NCBI RefSeq assembly: GCF_009914755.1
Contig: NC_060927.1
Reading direction: 5' to 3' (one strand)
Origin: the human T2T-CHM13v2.0 reference genome, Homo sapiens
DNA length: 64,000 nt
Shown: positions 38,501 through 50,500 of the stretch, in pieces
How the letters are laid out: each line of letters opens with the position of its first letter
How positions within the stretch are numbered: position 1 is the stretch's first letter
The notes under the pieces: generated by a model
Seen by the model: the letters and a program-made list of their open reading frames with translations, nothing else
The model's database searches: none
What the model was told of the DNA's origin: nothing
Made by a program: the position numbers and the translations under genes

Positions 38501-41500
38501 TGCATACAAAGATATTTCCTTTTCTACCACTGGCCTCAAAGCTTTGAAATCTCCACTTGCAAATTCCACAAAAAGAGAGTTTCAAATCTGCTGTTTCTAA
38601 AGGAAAGTTCAACTCTGAGAGTTGAATACACACCAGAAAAAGCAGTTACTGAGAAGTCTTCTGTCTAGCATTATATGAAGAAATCCCATTTCCAAAGAAG
38701 ACTTCAAACAGGTCCAAATATCCACTTGCAGATTCCGCAAAAAGAGTGTTTCGAAACAACTGTATGAAAAGAAAGGTTAAACACTGTGAGTTGAACGCAC
38801 CCATTGCAAAGCATTTTCTGACAATGATTCCGTCTAATTATTATACGAAGGTATTTCCTTTTCTATCATGGGCCTCAAAGCGCTTGATACCTCCACCTGA
38901 AAATTCCACAAAAAGAGTGTTTCCAATCTACTCTGTCTAAAGGAACGTTCAACTCTGTGAGTTGAATACACACACACAGAAAGAATTCACTGAGAATTCT
39001 TCTGTCTGGCATTACATGAAGAAATCCCGTTTCCAACGAAGGCCTCAAAGAGGTCCAAATATCCACTTGCAGATTCTGCAAAAAGAGTGTTTCAAAACCG
39101 CTCTATTAAAAGGAATGTTGAACTCTGTGAGTTGAATGCAAACATCACAACTCAGTTTCTGAGAATGCTTCTGACTAGATTTTATGGTAAGATATTTCCT
39201 TTTCTACCGTAGGCTTCAATGCCCTCTAAATACACCCTTGCAAATTCTACAAAGAGACTGTTTAATAACTGCTCTATAGGAAGAAAGGTTGAACTCTGTG
39301 AGTTGAATGCAGAGATCACAACGTGGTTTCTGCGAATGATTCTTTGTAGTTTTTACATGAAGATATTTCGTTGTCTACCGTAGGCTTCAAAGCACTCAAA
39401 GTATTCACTTGGAACTTTTACAAAAAGAGTGTTAGAAAACTGCTCTTTCCAAAGTAAGGTTCAACTCTGTGAGTTGAATGCACACATAACAAACAAGAAG
39501 TTTCTGAGAATCCTTCTGTCCTGGTTTATATGAAAAAATCCCGTTTCCAACGAAGGCCTCAAAGACGTTTAAATATCCACTTGCAGACTTCACAAACAGA
39601 GTGTTTCCAAACTGCTCTATGAAAAGAAAGGTTAAACTCTGTGAGTTGAACGCACACATCGCAAAGTAGTTTCTGAGAATGATACTGTCTAGTTTTTATA
39701 CGGAGATATTTCCTTTCCTTCCATTGGCGTCAAAGCGCTAGAATTCTCCACTTGCAAATTCCACAAAAAGAGTGTTTCCAATCTGCTCTGTCTAAAGGAA
39801 GGTTCAACTCTGTGAGTTGAATACACACACACAAAGAAGCTACTGAGAATTCTTTTGTCAAGAATTATAAGAAGAAATCCCGTTTCCAACGAAGGCCTCA
39901 AAGAGTTCCAAATATCCACTTGCACACTGTACAAACTAAGTCTTTCCAAACTGCTCTATGCAAAGAAATGTTCAACTCTGTGAGTTTAATGCACACATCA
40001 CAAAGCAGTTTCTGAGAATGATTCCGTCTAGTTTTTATACGAAGATAGCCTTTTCTACCATTGGCCTCAAGGCTCTTGAAATCTCCACCTGAAAATTCCG
40101 CAAAAAGCGTGTTTCCAATCCGCTCTGTCTAAAGGAAGGTTCAACTCTCTGAGTTGAATACATACATCCCAAAAGAAGTTACTGCGAATTCTTCTGTCTA
40201 GCATTATGTGAAGAAATCCCGTTTCCAACGAAAGCCTCCAAGAGGTCCAAATATCCAGTTGCAGAATTTACAATCTGACTGTTTCCAAACTCATCTATGA
40301 AAAGAAAGGTTAAACTCTGTGAGTTGAATGCACATATCACAAAGTAGTTCCTGAGAATGATTCTGTCTAGTTTTTATACGAAGATATTTCCTTTTCCACC
40401 AATGGCCTCAAAGTGTTTGAAATCTCCCCTTGCAAATTCCACAGAAAAGTGTTTCAAATATGCACTGTCTAAAGGAAGGTTCAACCCTGTGAGTTGAATA
40501 CACACACACAGAAAAAAATTCACTGAGAATTCTATTGTCTATCATTACACGAAGAAATCCCGTTTACTACGAAGGCCTCAAAGAGGTCCAAATATCCAGC
40601 TGCAGACATTACAAACTGAGTGTTTCCAAAGTGCTCTATGAAAAGAAGTGTTAAACACTGTGAGTTCAATGCACACATCCCAAAGCAGTTTCTGAGAATG
40701 ATTCCGTCTATTTTTTCTACGAAGATATTTCCTTTTCTACCGTTGGCCTCAAAGCGCTTGAAATCTCCACTTGCAAATTCCACGAAAAGAGAGTTTCAAA
40801 TCTGCTCTGTCTAAAGGAAGGTTCCACTCTGTGAGTTGAATACACACCACAAAAAGAAGTTACTGAGAATTCTTCTGTCTAGCATTATATGAAAAATCCC
40901 GTTTCCAACGAAGGCCACAAAGAGGTCCAAATATCCACTTGCAGATTCTGCAAAAAGAGTGTTTCCAAACTGCTCTATGAAAAGAAACGTTAAACTCTGT
41001 GAGTTGAACGCAAACATCACAAAGTAGTTTCTGAGAATGACTCCGTCTAGTTTTTATACGAAGATATTTCCTTTTCTACCGTTGGCCTCAAAGCGCTTGA
41101 AGTCTCCCCCTGAAAATTCCACAAAAAGTGTTTCCAATCTGCTCCGCCTAAAGGAAGCTTCAACTCTGTGAGTTGAATACCCACAACACAAAGAAGTTAC
41201 TGAGAATTCTTCTGTCTCGCATTATATGAAGAAATCCCGTTTCCAACGAAGGCCTCAAATACATCCACATATCCAGTTGCTGACTTTACAAACTGAGTGT
41301 TTCCAAACTGCTCTATGAAAAGAAAGGTTAAACACTGTGAGTTGAACACACACGTACCAAAGTAGTTTCTGAGAATGATTCTGTCTAGTTTGCATACAAA
41401 GATATTTCCTTTTCTACCACTGGCCTCAAAGCTTTGAAATCTCCACTTGCAAATTCCACAAAAAGAGAGTTTCAAATCTGCTGTTTCTAAAGGAAAGTTC

Positions 41501-44500
41501 AACTCTGAGAGTTGAATACACACCAGAAAAAGCAGTTACTGAGAAGTCTTCTGTCTAGCATTATATGAAGAAATCCCATTTCCAAAGAAGACTTCAAACA
41601 GGTCCAAATATCCACTTGCAGATTCCGCAAAAAGAGTGTTTCGAAACAACTGTATGAAAAGAAAGGTTAAACACTGTGAGTTGAACGCACCCATTGCAAA
41701 GCATTTTCTGACAATGATTCCGTCTAATTATTATACGAAGGTATTTCCTTTTCTATCATGGGCCTCAAAGCGCTTGATACCTCCACCTGAAAATTCCACA
41801 AAAAGAGTGTTTCCAATCTACTCTGTCTAAAGGAACGTTCAACTCTGTGAGTTGAATACACACACACAGAAAGAATTCACTGAGAATTCTTCTGTCTGGC
41901 ATTACATGAAGAAATCCCGTTTCCAACGAAGGCCTCAAAGAGGTCCAAATATCCACTTGCAGATTCTGCAAAAAGAGTGTTTCAAAACCGCTCTATTAAA
42001 AGGAATGTTGAACTCTGTGAGTTGAATGCAAACATCACAACTCAGTTTCTGAGAATGCTTCTGACTAGATTTTATGGTAAGATATTTCCTTTTCTACCGT
42101 AGGCTTCAATGCCCTCTAAATACACCCTTGCAAATTCTACAAAGAGACTGTTTAATAACTGCTCTATAGGAAGAAAGGTTGAACTCTGTGAGTTGAATGC
42201 AGAGATCACAACGTGGTTTCTGCGAATGATTCTTTGTAGTTTTTACATGAAGATATTTCGTTGTCTACCGTAGGCTTCAAAGCACTCAAAGTATTCACTT
42301 GGAACTTTTACAAAAAGAGTGTTAGAAAACTGCTCTTTCCAAAGTAAGGTTCAACTCTGTGAGTTGAATGCACACATAACAAACAAGAAGTTTCTGAGAA
42401 TCCTTCTGTCCTGGTTTATATGAAAAAATCCCGTTTCCAACGAAGGCCTCAAAGACGTTTAAATATCCACTTGCAGACTTCACAAACAGAGTGTTTCCAA
42501 ACTGCTCTATGAAAAGAAAGGTTAAACTCTGTGAGTTGAACGCACACATCGCAAAGTAGTTTCTGAGAATGATACTGTCTAGTTTTTATACGGAGATATT
42601 TCCTTTCCTTCCATTGGCGTCAAAGCGCTAGAATTCTCCACTTGCAAATTCCACAAAAAGAGTGTTTCCAATCTGCTCTGTCTAAAGGAAGGTTCAACTC
42701 TGTGAGTTGAATACACACACACAAAGAAGCTACTGAGAATTCTTTTGTCAAGAATTATAAGAAGAAATCCCGTTTCCAACGAAGGCCTCAAAGAGTTCCA
42801 AATATCCACTTGCACACTGTACAAACTAAGTCTTTCCAAACTGCTCTATGCAAAGAAATGTTCAACTCTGTGAGTTTAATGCACACATCACAAAGCAGTT
42901 TCTGAGAATGATTCCGTCTAGTTTTTATACGAAGATAGCCTTTTCTACCATTGGCCTCAAGGCTCTTGAAATCTCCACCTGAAAATTCCGCAAAAAGCGT
43001 GTTTCCAATCCGCTCTGTCTAAAGGAAGGTTCAACTCTCTGAGTTGAATACATACATCCCAAAAGAAGTTACTGCGAATTCTTCTGTCTAGCATTATGTG
43101 AAGAAATCCCGTTTCCAACGAAAGCCTCCAAGAGGTCCAAATATCCAGTTGCAGAATTTACAAACTGACTGTTTCCAAACTCATCTATGAAAAGAAAGGT
43201 TAAACTCTGTGAGTTGAATGCACATATCACAAAGTAGTTCCTGAGAATGATTCTGTCTAGTTTTTATACGAAGATATTTCCTTTTCCACCAATGGCCTCA
43301 AAGTGCTTGAAATCTCCCCTTGCAAATTCCACAGAAAAGTGTTTCAAATCTGCACTGTCTAAAGGAAGGTTCAACCCTGTGAGTTGAATACACACACACA
43401 GAAAAAAATTCACTGAGAATTCTATTGTCTATCATTACACGAAGAAATCCCGTTTACTACGAAGGCCTCAAAGAGGTCCAAATATCCAGCTGCAGACATT
43501 ACAAACTGAGTGTTTCCAAAGTGCTCTATGAAAAGAAGTGTTAAACACTGTGAGTTCAATGCACACATCCCAAAGCAGTTTCTGAGAATGATTCCGTCTA
43601 TTTTTTCTACGAAGATATTTCCTTTTCTACCGTTGGCCTCAAAGCGCTTGAAATCTCCACTTGCAAATTCCACGAAAAGAGAGTTTCAAATCTGCTCTGT
43701 CTAAAGGAAGGTTCCACTCTGTGAGTTGAATACACACCACAAAAAGAAGTTACTGAGAATTCTTCTGTCTAGCATTATATGAAAAATCCCGTTTCCAACG
43801 AAGGCCACAAAGAGGTCCAAATATCCACTTGCAGATTCTGCAAAAAGAGTGTTTCCAAACTGCTCTATGAAAAGAAACGTTAAACTCTGTGAGTTGAACG
43901 CAAACATCACAAAGTAGTTTCTGAGAATGACTCCGTCTAGTTTTTATACGAAGATATTTCCTTTTCTACCGTTGGCCTCAAAGCGCTTGAAGTCTCCCCC
44001 TGAAAATTCCACAAAAAGTGTTTCCAATCTGCTCCGCCTAAAGGAAGCTTCAACTCTGTGAGTTGAATACCCACAACACAAAGAAGTTACTGAGAATTCT
44101 TCTGTCTCGCATTATATGAAGAAATCCCGTTTCCAACGAAGGCCTCAAATACATCCACATATCCAGTTGCTGACTTTACAAACTGAGTGTTTCCAAACTG
44201 CTCTATGAAAAGAAAGGTTAAACACTGTGAGTTGAACACACACGTACCAAAGTAGTTTCTGAGAATGATTCTGTCTAGTTTGCATACAAAGATATTTCCT
44301 TTTCTACCACTGGCCTCAAAGCTTTGAAATCTCCACTTGCAAATTCCACAAAAAGAGAGTTTCAAATCTGCTGTTTCTAAAGGAAAGTTCAACTCTGAGA
44401 GTTGAATACACACCAGAAAAAGCAGTTACTGAGAAGTCTTCTTTCTAGCATTATATGAAGAAATCCCATTTCCAAAGAAGACTTCAAACAGGTCCAAATA

Positions 44501-47500
44501 TCCACTTGCAGATTCTGCAAAAAGAGTGTTTCGAAACAACTGTATGAAAAGAAAGGTTAAACACTGTGAGTTGAACGCACCCATTGCAAAGCATTTTCTG
44601 ACAATGATTCCGTCTAATTATTATACGAAGGTATTTCCTTTTCTATCATGGGCCTCAAAGCGCTTGATACCTCCACCTGAAAATTCCACAAAAAGAGTGT
44701 TTCCAATCTACTCTGTCTAAAGGAACGTTCAACTCTGTGAGTTGAATACACACACACAGAAAGAATTCACTGAGAATTCTTCTGTCTGGCATTACATGAA
44801 GAAATCCCGTTTCCAACGAAGGCCTCAAAGAGGTCCAAATATCCACTTGCAGATTCTGCAAAAAGAGTGTTTCAAAACCGCTCTATTAAAAGGAATGTTG
44901 AACTCTGTGAGTTGAATGCAAACATCACAACTCAGTTTCTGAGAATGCTTCTGACTAGATTTTATGGTAAGATATTTCCTTTTCTACCGTAGGCTTCAAT
45001 GCCCTCTAAATACACCCTTGCAAATTCTACAAAGAGACTGTTTAATAACTGCTCTATAGGAAGAAAGGTTGAACTCTGTGAGTTGAATGCAGAGATCACA
45101 ACGTGGTTTCTGCGAATGATTCTTTGTAGTTTTTACATGAAGATATTTCGTTGTCTACCGTAGGCTTCAAAGCACTCAAAGTATTCACTTGGAACTTTTA
45201 CAAAAAGAGTGTTAGAAAACTGCTCTTTCCAAAGTAAGGTTCAACTCTGTGAGTTGAATGCACACATAACAAACAAGAAGTTTCTGAGAATCCTTCTGTC
45301 CTGGTTTATATGAAAAAATCCCGTTTCCAACGAAGGCCTCAAAGACGTTTAAATATCCACTTGCAGACTTCACAAACAGAGTGTTTCCAAACTGCTCTAT
45401 GAAAAGAAAGGTTAAACTCTGTGAGTTGAACGCACACATCACAAAGTAGTTTCTGAGAATGATACTGTCTAGTTTTTATACGGAGATATTTCCTTTCCTT
45501 CCATTGGCGTCAAAGCGCTAGAATTCTCCACTTGCAAATTCCACAAAAAGAGTGTTTCCAATCTGCTCTGACTAAAGGAAGGTTCAACTCTGTGAGTTGA
45601 ATACACACACACAAAGAAGCTACTGAGAATTCTTTTGTCAAGAATTATAAGAAGAAATCCCGTTTCCAACGAAGGCCTCAAAGAGTTCCAAATATCCACT
45701 TGCACACTGTACAACTAAGTCTTTCCAAACTGCTCTATGCAAAGAAATGTTCAACTCTGTGAGTTTAATGCACACATCACAAAGCAGTTTCTGAGAATGA
45801 TTCCGTCTAGTTTTTATACGAAGATAGCCTTTTCTACCTTTGGCCTCAAGGCTCTTGAAATCTCCACCTGAAAATTCCGCAAAAAGCGTGTTTCCAATCC
45901 GCTCTGTCTAAAGGAAGGTTCAACTCTCTGAGTTGAATACATACATCCCAAAAGAAGTTACTGCGAATTCTTCTGTCTAGCATTATGTGAAGAAATCCCG
46001 TTTCCAACGAAAGCCTCCAAGAGGTCCAAATATCCAGTTGCAGAATTTACAAACTGACTGTTTCCAAACTCATCTATGAAAAGAAAGGTTAAACTCTGTG
46101 AGTTGAATGCACATATCACAAAGTAGTTCCTGAGAATGATTCTGTCTAGTTTTTATACGAAGATATTTCCTTTTCCACCAATGGCCTCAAAGTGCTTGAA
46201 ATCTCCCCTTGCAAATTCCACAGAAAAGTGTTTCAAATCTGCACTGTCTAAAGGAAGGTTCAACCCTGTGAGTTGAATACACACACACAGAAAAAAATTC
46301 ACTGAGAATTCTATTGTCTATCATTACACGAAGAAATCCCGTTTACTACGAAGGCCTCAAAGAGGTCCAAATATCCAGCTGCAGACATTACAAACTGAGT
46401 GTTTCCAAAGTGCTCTATGAAAAGAAGTGTTAAACACTGTGAGTTCAATGCACACATCCCAAAGCAGTTTCTGAGAATGATTCCGTCTATTTTTTCTACG
46501 AAGATATTTCCTTTTCTACCGTTGGCCTCAAAGCGCTTGAAATCTCCACTTGCAAATTCCACGAAAAGAGAGTTTCAAATCTGCTCTGTCTAAAGGAAGG
46601 TTCCACTCTGTGAGTTGAATACACACCACAAAAAGAAGTTACTGAGAATTCTTCTGTCTAGCATTATATGAAAAATCCCGTTCCCAACGAAGGCCACAAA
46701 GAGGTCCAAATATCCACTTGCAGATTCTGCAAAAAGAGTGTTTCCAAACTGCTCTATGAAAAGAAACGTTAAACTCTGTGAGTTGAACGCAAACATCACA
46801 AAGTAGTTTCTGAGAATGACTCCGTCTAGTTTTTATACGAAGATATTTCCTTTTCTACCGTTGGCCTCAAAGCGCTTGAAGTCTCCCCCTGAAAATTCCA
46901 CAAAAAGTGTTTCCAATCTGCTCCGCCTAAAGGAAGCTTCAACTCTGTGAGTTGAATACCCACAACACAAAGAAGTTACTGAGAATTCTTCTGTCTCGCA
47001 TTATATGAAGAAATCCCGTTTCCAACGAAGGCCTCAAATACATCCACATATCCAGTTGCTGACTTTACAAACTGAGTGTTTCCAAACTGCTCTATGAAAA
47101 GAAAGGTTAAACACTGTGAGTTGAACACACACGTACCAAAGTAGTTTCTGAGAATGATTCTGTCTAGTTTGCATACAAAGATATTTCCTTTTCTACCACT
47201 GGCCTCAAAGCTTTGAAATCTCCACTTGCAAATTCCACAAAAAGAGAGTTTCAAATCTGCTGTTTCTAAAGGAAAGTTCAACTCTGAGAGTTGAATACAC
47301 ACCAGAAAAAGCAGTTACTGAGAAGTCTTCTGTCTAGCATTATATGAAGAAATCCCATTTCCAAAGAAGACTTCAAACAGGTCCAAATATCCACTTGCAG
47401 ATTCTGCAAAAAGAGTGTTTCGAAACAACCGTATGAAAAGAAAGGTTAAACACTGTGAGTTGAACGCACCCATTGCAAAGCATTTTCTGACAATGATTCC

Positions 47501-50500
47501 GTCTAATTATTATACGAAGGTATTTCCTTTTCTATCACGGGCCTCAAAGCGCTTGATACCTCCACCTGAAAATTCCACAAAAAGAGTGTTTCCAATCTAC
47601 TCTGTCTAAAGGAACGTTCAACTCTGTGAGTTGAATACACACACACAGAAAGAATTCACTGAGAATTCTTCTGTCTGGCATTACATGAAGAAATCCCGTT
47701 TCCAACGAAGGCCTCAAAGAGGTCCAAATATCCACTTGCAGATTCTGCAAAAAGAGTGTTTCAAAACCGCTCTATTAAAAGGAATGTTGAACTCTGTGAG
47801 TTGAATGCAAACATCACAACTCAGTTTCTGAGAATGCTTCTGACTAGATTTTATGGTAAGATATTTCCTTTTCTACCGTAGGCTTCAATGCCCTCTAAAT
47901 ACACCCTTGCAAATTCTACAAAGAGACTGTTTAATAACTGCTCTATAGGAAGAAAGGTTGAACTCTGTGAGTTGAATGCAGAGATCACAACGTGGTTTCT
48001 GCGAATGATTCTTTGTAGTTTTTACATGAAGATATTTCGTTGTCTACCGTAGGCTTCAAAGCACTCAAAGTATTCACTTGGAACTTTTACAAAAAGAGTG
48101 TTAGAAAACTGCTCTTTCCAAAGTAAGGTTCAACTCTGTGAGTTGAATGCACACATAACAAACAAGAAGTTTCTGAGAATCCTTCTGTCCTGGTTTATAT
48201 GAAAAAATCCCGTTTCCAACGAAGGCCTCAAAGACGTTTAAATATCCACTTGCAGACTTCACAAACAGAGTGTTTCCAAACTGCTCTATGAAAAGAAAGG
48301 TTAAACTCTGTGAGTTGAACGCACACATCACAAAGTAGTTTCTGAGAATGATACTGTCTAGTTTTTATACGGAGATATTTCCTTTCCTTCCATTGGCGTC
48401 AAAGCGCTAGAATTCTCCACTTGCAAATTCCACAAAAAGAGTGTTTCCAATCTGCTCTGTCTAAAGGAAGGTTCAACTCTGTGAGTTGAATACACACACA
48501 CAAAGAAGCTACTGAGAATTCTTTTGTCAAGAATTATAAGAAGAAATCCCGTTTCCAACGAAGGCCTCAAAGAGTTCCAAATATCCACTTGCACACTGTA
48601 CAAACTAAGTCTTTCCAAACTGCTCTATGCAAAGAAATGTTCAACTCTGTGAGTTTAATGCACACATCACAAAGCAGTTTCTGAGAATGATTCCGTCTAG
48701 TTTTTATACGAAGATAGCCTTTTCTACCATTGGCCTCAAGGCTCTTGAAATCTCCACCTGAAAATTCCGCAAAAAGCGTGTTTCCAATCCGCTCTGTCTA
48801 AAGGAAGGTTCAACTCTCTGAGTTGAATACATACATCCCAAAAGAAGTTACTGCGAATTCTTCTGTCTAGCATTATGTGAAGAAATCCCGTTTCCAACGA
48901 AAGCCTCCAAGAGGTCCAAATATCCAGTTGCAGAATTTACAAACTGACTGTTTCCAAACTCATCTATGAAAAGAAAGGTTAAACTCTGTGAGTTGAATGC
49001 ACATATCACAAAGTAGTTCCTGAGAATGATTCTGTCTAGTTTTTATACGAAGATATTTCCTTTTCCACCAATGGCCTCAAAGTGCTTGAAATCTCCCCTT
49101 GCAAATTCCACAGAAAAGTGTTTCAAATCTGCACTGTCTAAAGGAAGGTTCAACCCTGTGAGTTGAATACACACACACAGAAAAAAATTCACTGAGAATT
49201 CTATTGTCTATCATTACACGAAGAAATCCCGTTTACTACGAAGGCCTCAAAGAGGTCCAAATATCCAGCTGCAGACATTACAAACTGAGTGTTTCCAAAG
49301 TGCTCTATGAAAAGAAGTGTTAAACACTGTGAGTTCAATGCACACATCCCAAAGCAGTTTCTGAGAATGATTCCGTCTATTTTTTCTACGAAGATATTTC
49401 CTTTTCTACCGTTGGCCTCAAAGCGCTTGAAATCTCCACTTGCAAATTCCACGAAAAGAGAGTTTCAAATCTGCTCTGTCTAAAGGAAGGTTCCACTCTG
49501 TGAGTTGAATACACACCACAAAAAGAAGTTACTGAGAATTCTTCTGTCTAGCATTATATGAAAAATCCCGTTCCCAACGAAGGCCACAAAGAGGTCCAAA
49601 TATCCACTTGCAGATTCTGCAAAAAGAGTGTTTCCAAACTGCTCTATGAAAAGAAACGTTAAACTCTGTGAGTTGAACGCAAACATCACAAAGTAGTTTC
49701 TGAGAATGACTCCGTCTAGTTTTTATACGAAGATATTTCCTTTTCTACCGTTGGCCTCAAAGCGCTTGAAGTCTCCCCCTGAAAATTCCACAAAAAGTGT
49801 TTCCAATCTGCTCCGCCTAATGGAAGCTTCAACTCTGTGAGTTGAATACCCACAACACAAAGAAGTTACTGAGAATTCTTCTGTCTCGCATTATATGAAG
49901 AAATCCCGTTTCCAACGAAGGCCTCAAATACATCCACATATCCAGTTGCTGACTTTACAAACTGAGTGTTTCCAAACTGCTCTATGAAAAGAAAGGTTAA
50001 ACACTGTGAGTTGAACACACACGTACCAAAGTAGTTTCTGAGAATGATTCTGTCTAGTTTGCATACAAAGATATTTCCTTTTCTACCACTGGCCTCAAAG
50101 CTTTGAAATCTCCACTTGCAAATTCCACAAAAAGAGAGTTTCAAATCTGCTGTTTCTAAAGGAAAGTTCAACTCTGAGAGTTGAATACACACCAGAAAAA
50201 GCAGTTACTGAGAAGTCTTCTGTCTAGCATTATATGAAGAAATCCCATTTCCAAAGAAGACTTCAAACAGGTCCAAATATCCACTTGCAGATTCTGCAAA
50301 AAGAGTGTTTCGAAACAACCGTATGAAAAGAAAGGTTAAACACTGTGAGTTGAACGCACCCATTGCAAAGCATTTTCTGACAATGATTCCGTCTAATTAT
50401 TATACGAAGGTATTTCCTTTTCTATCACGGGCCTCAAAGCGCTTGATACCTCCACCTGAAAATTCCACAAAAAGAGTGTTTCCAATCTACTCTGTCTAAA

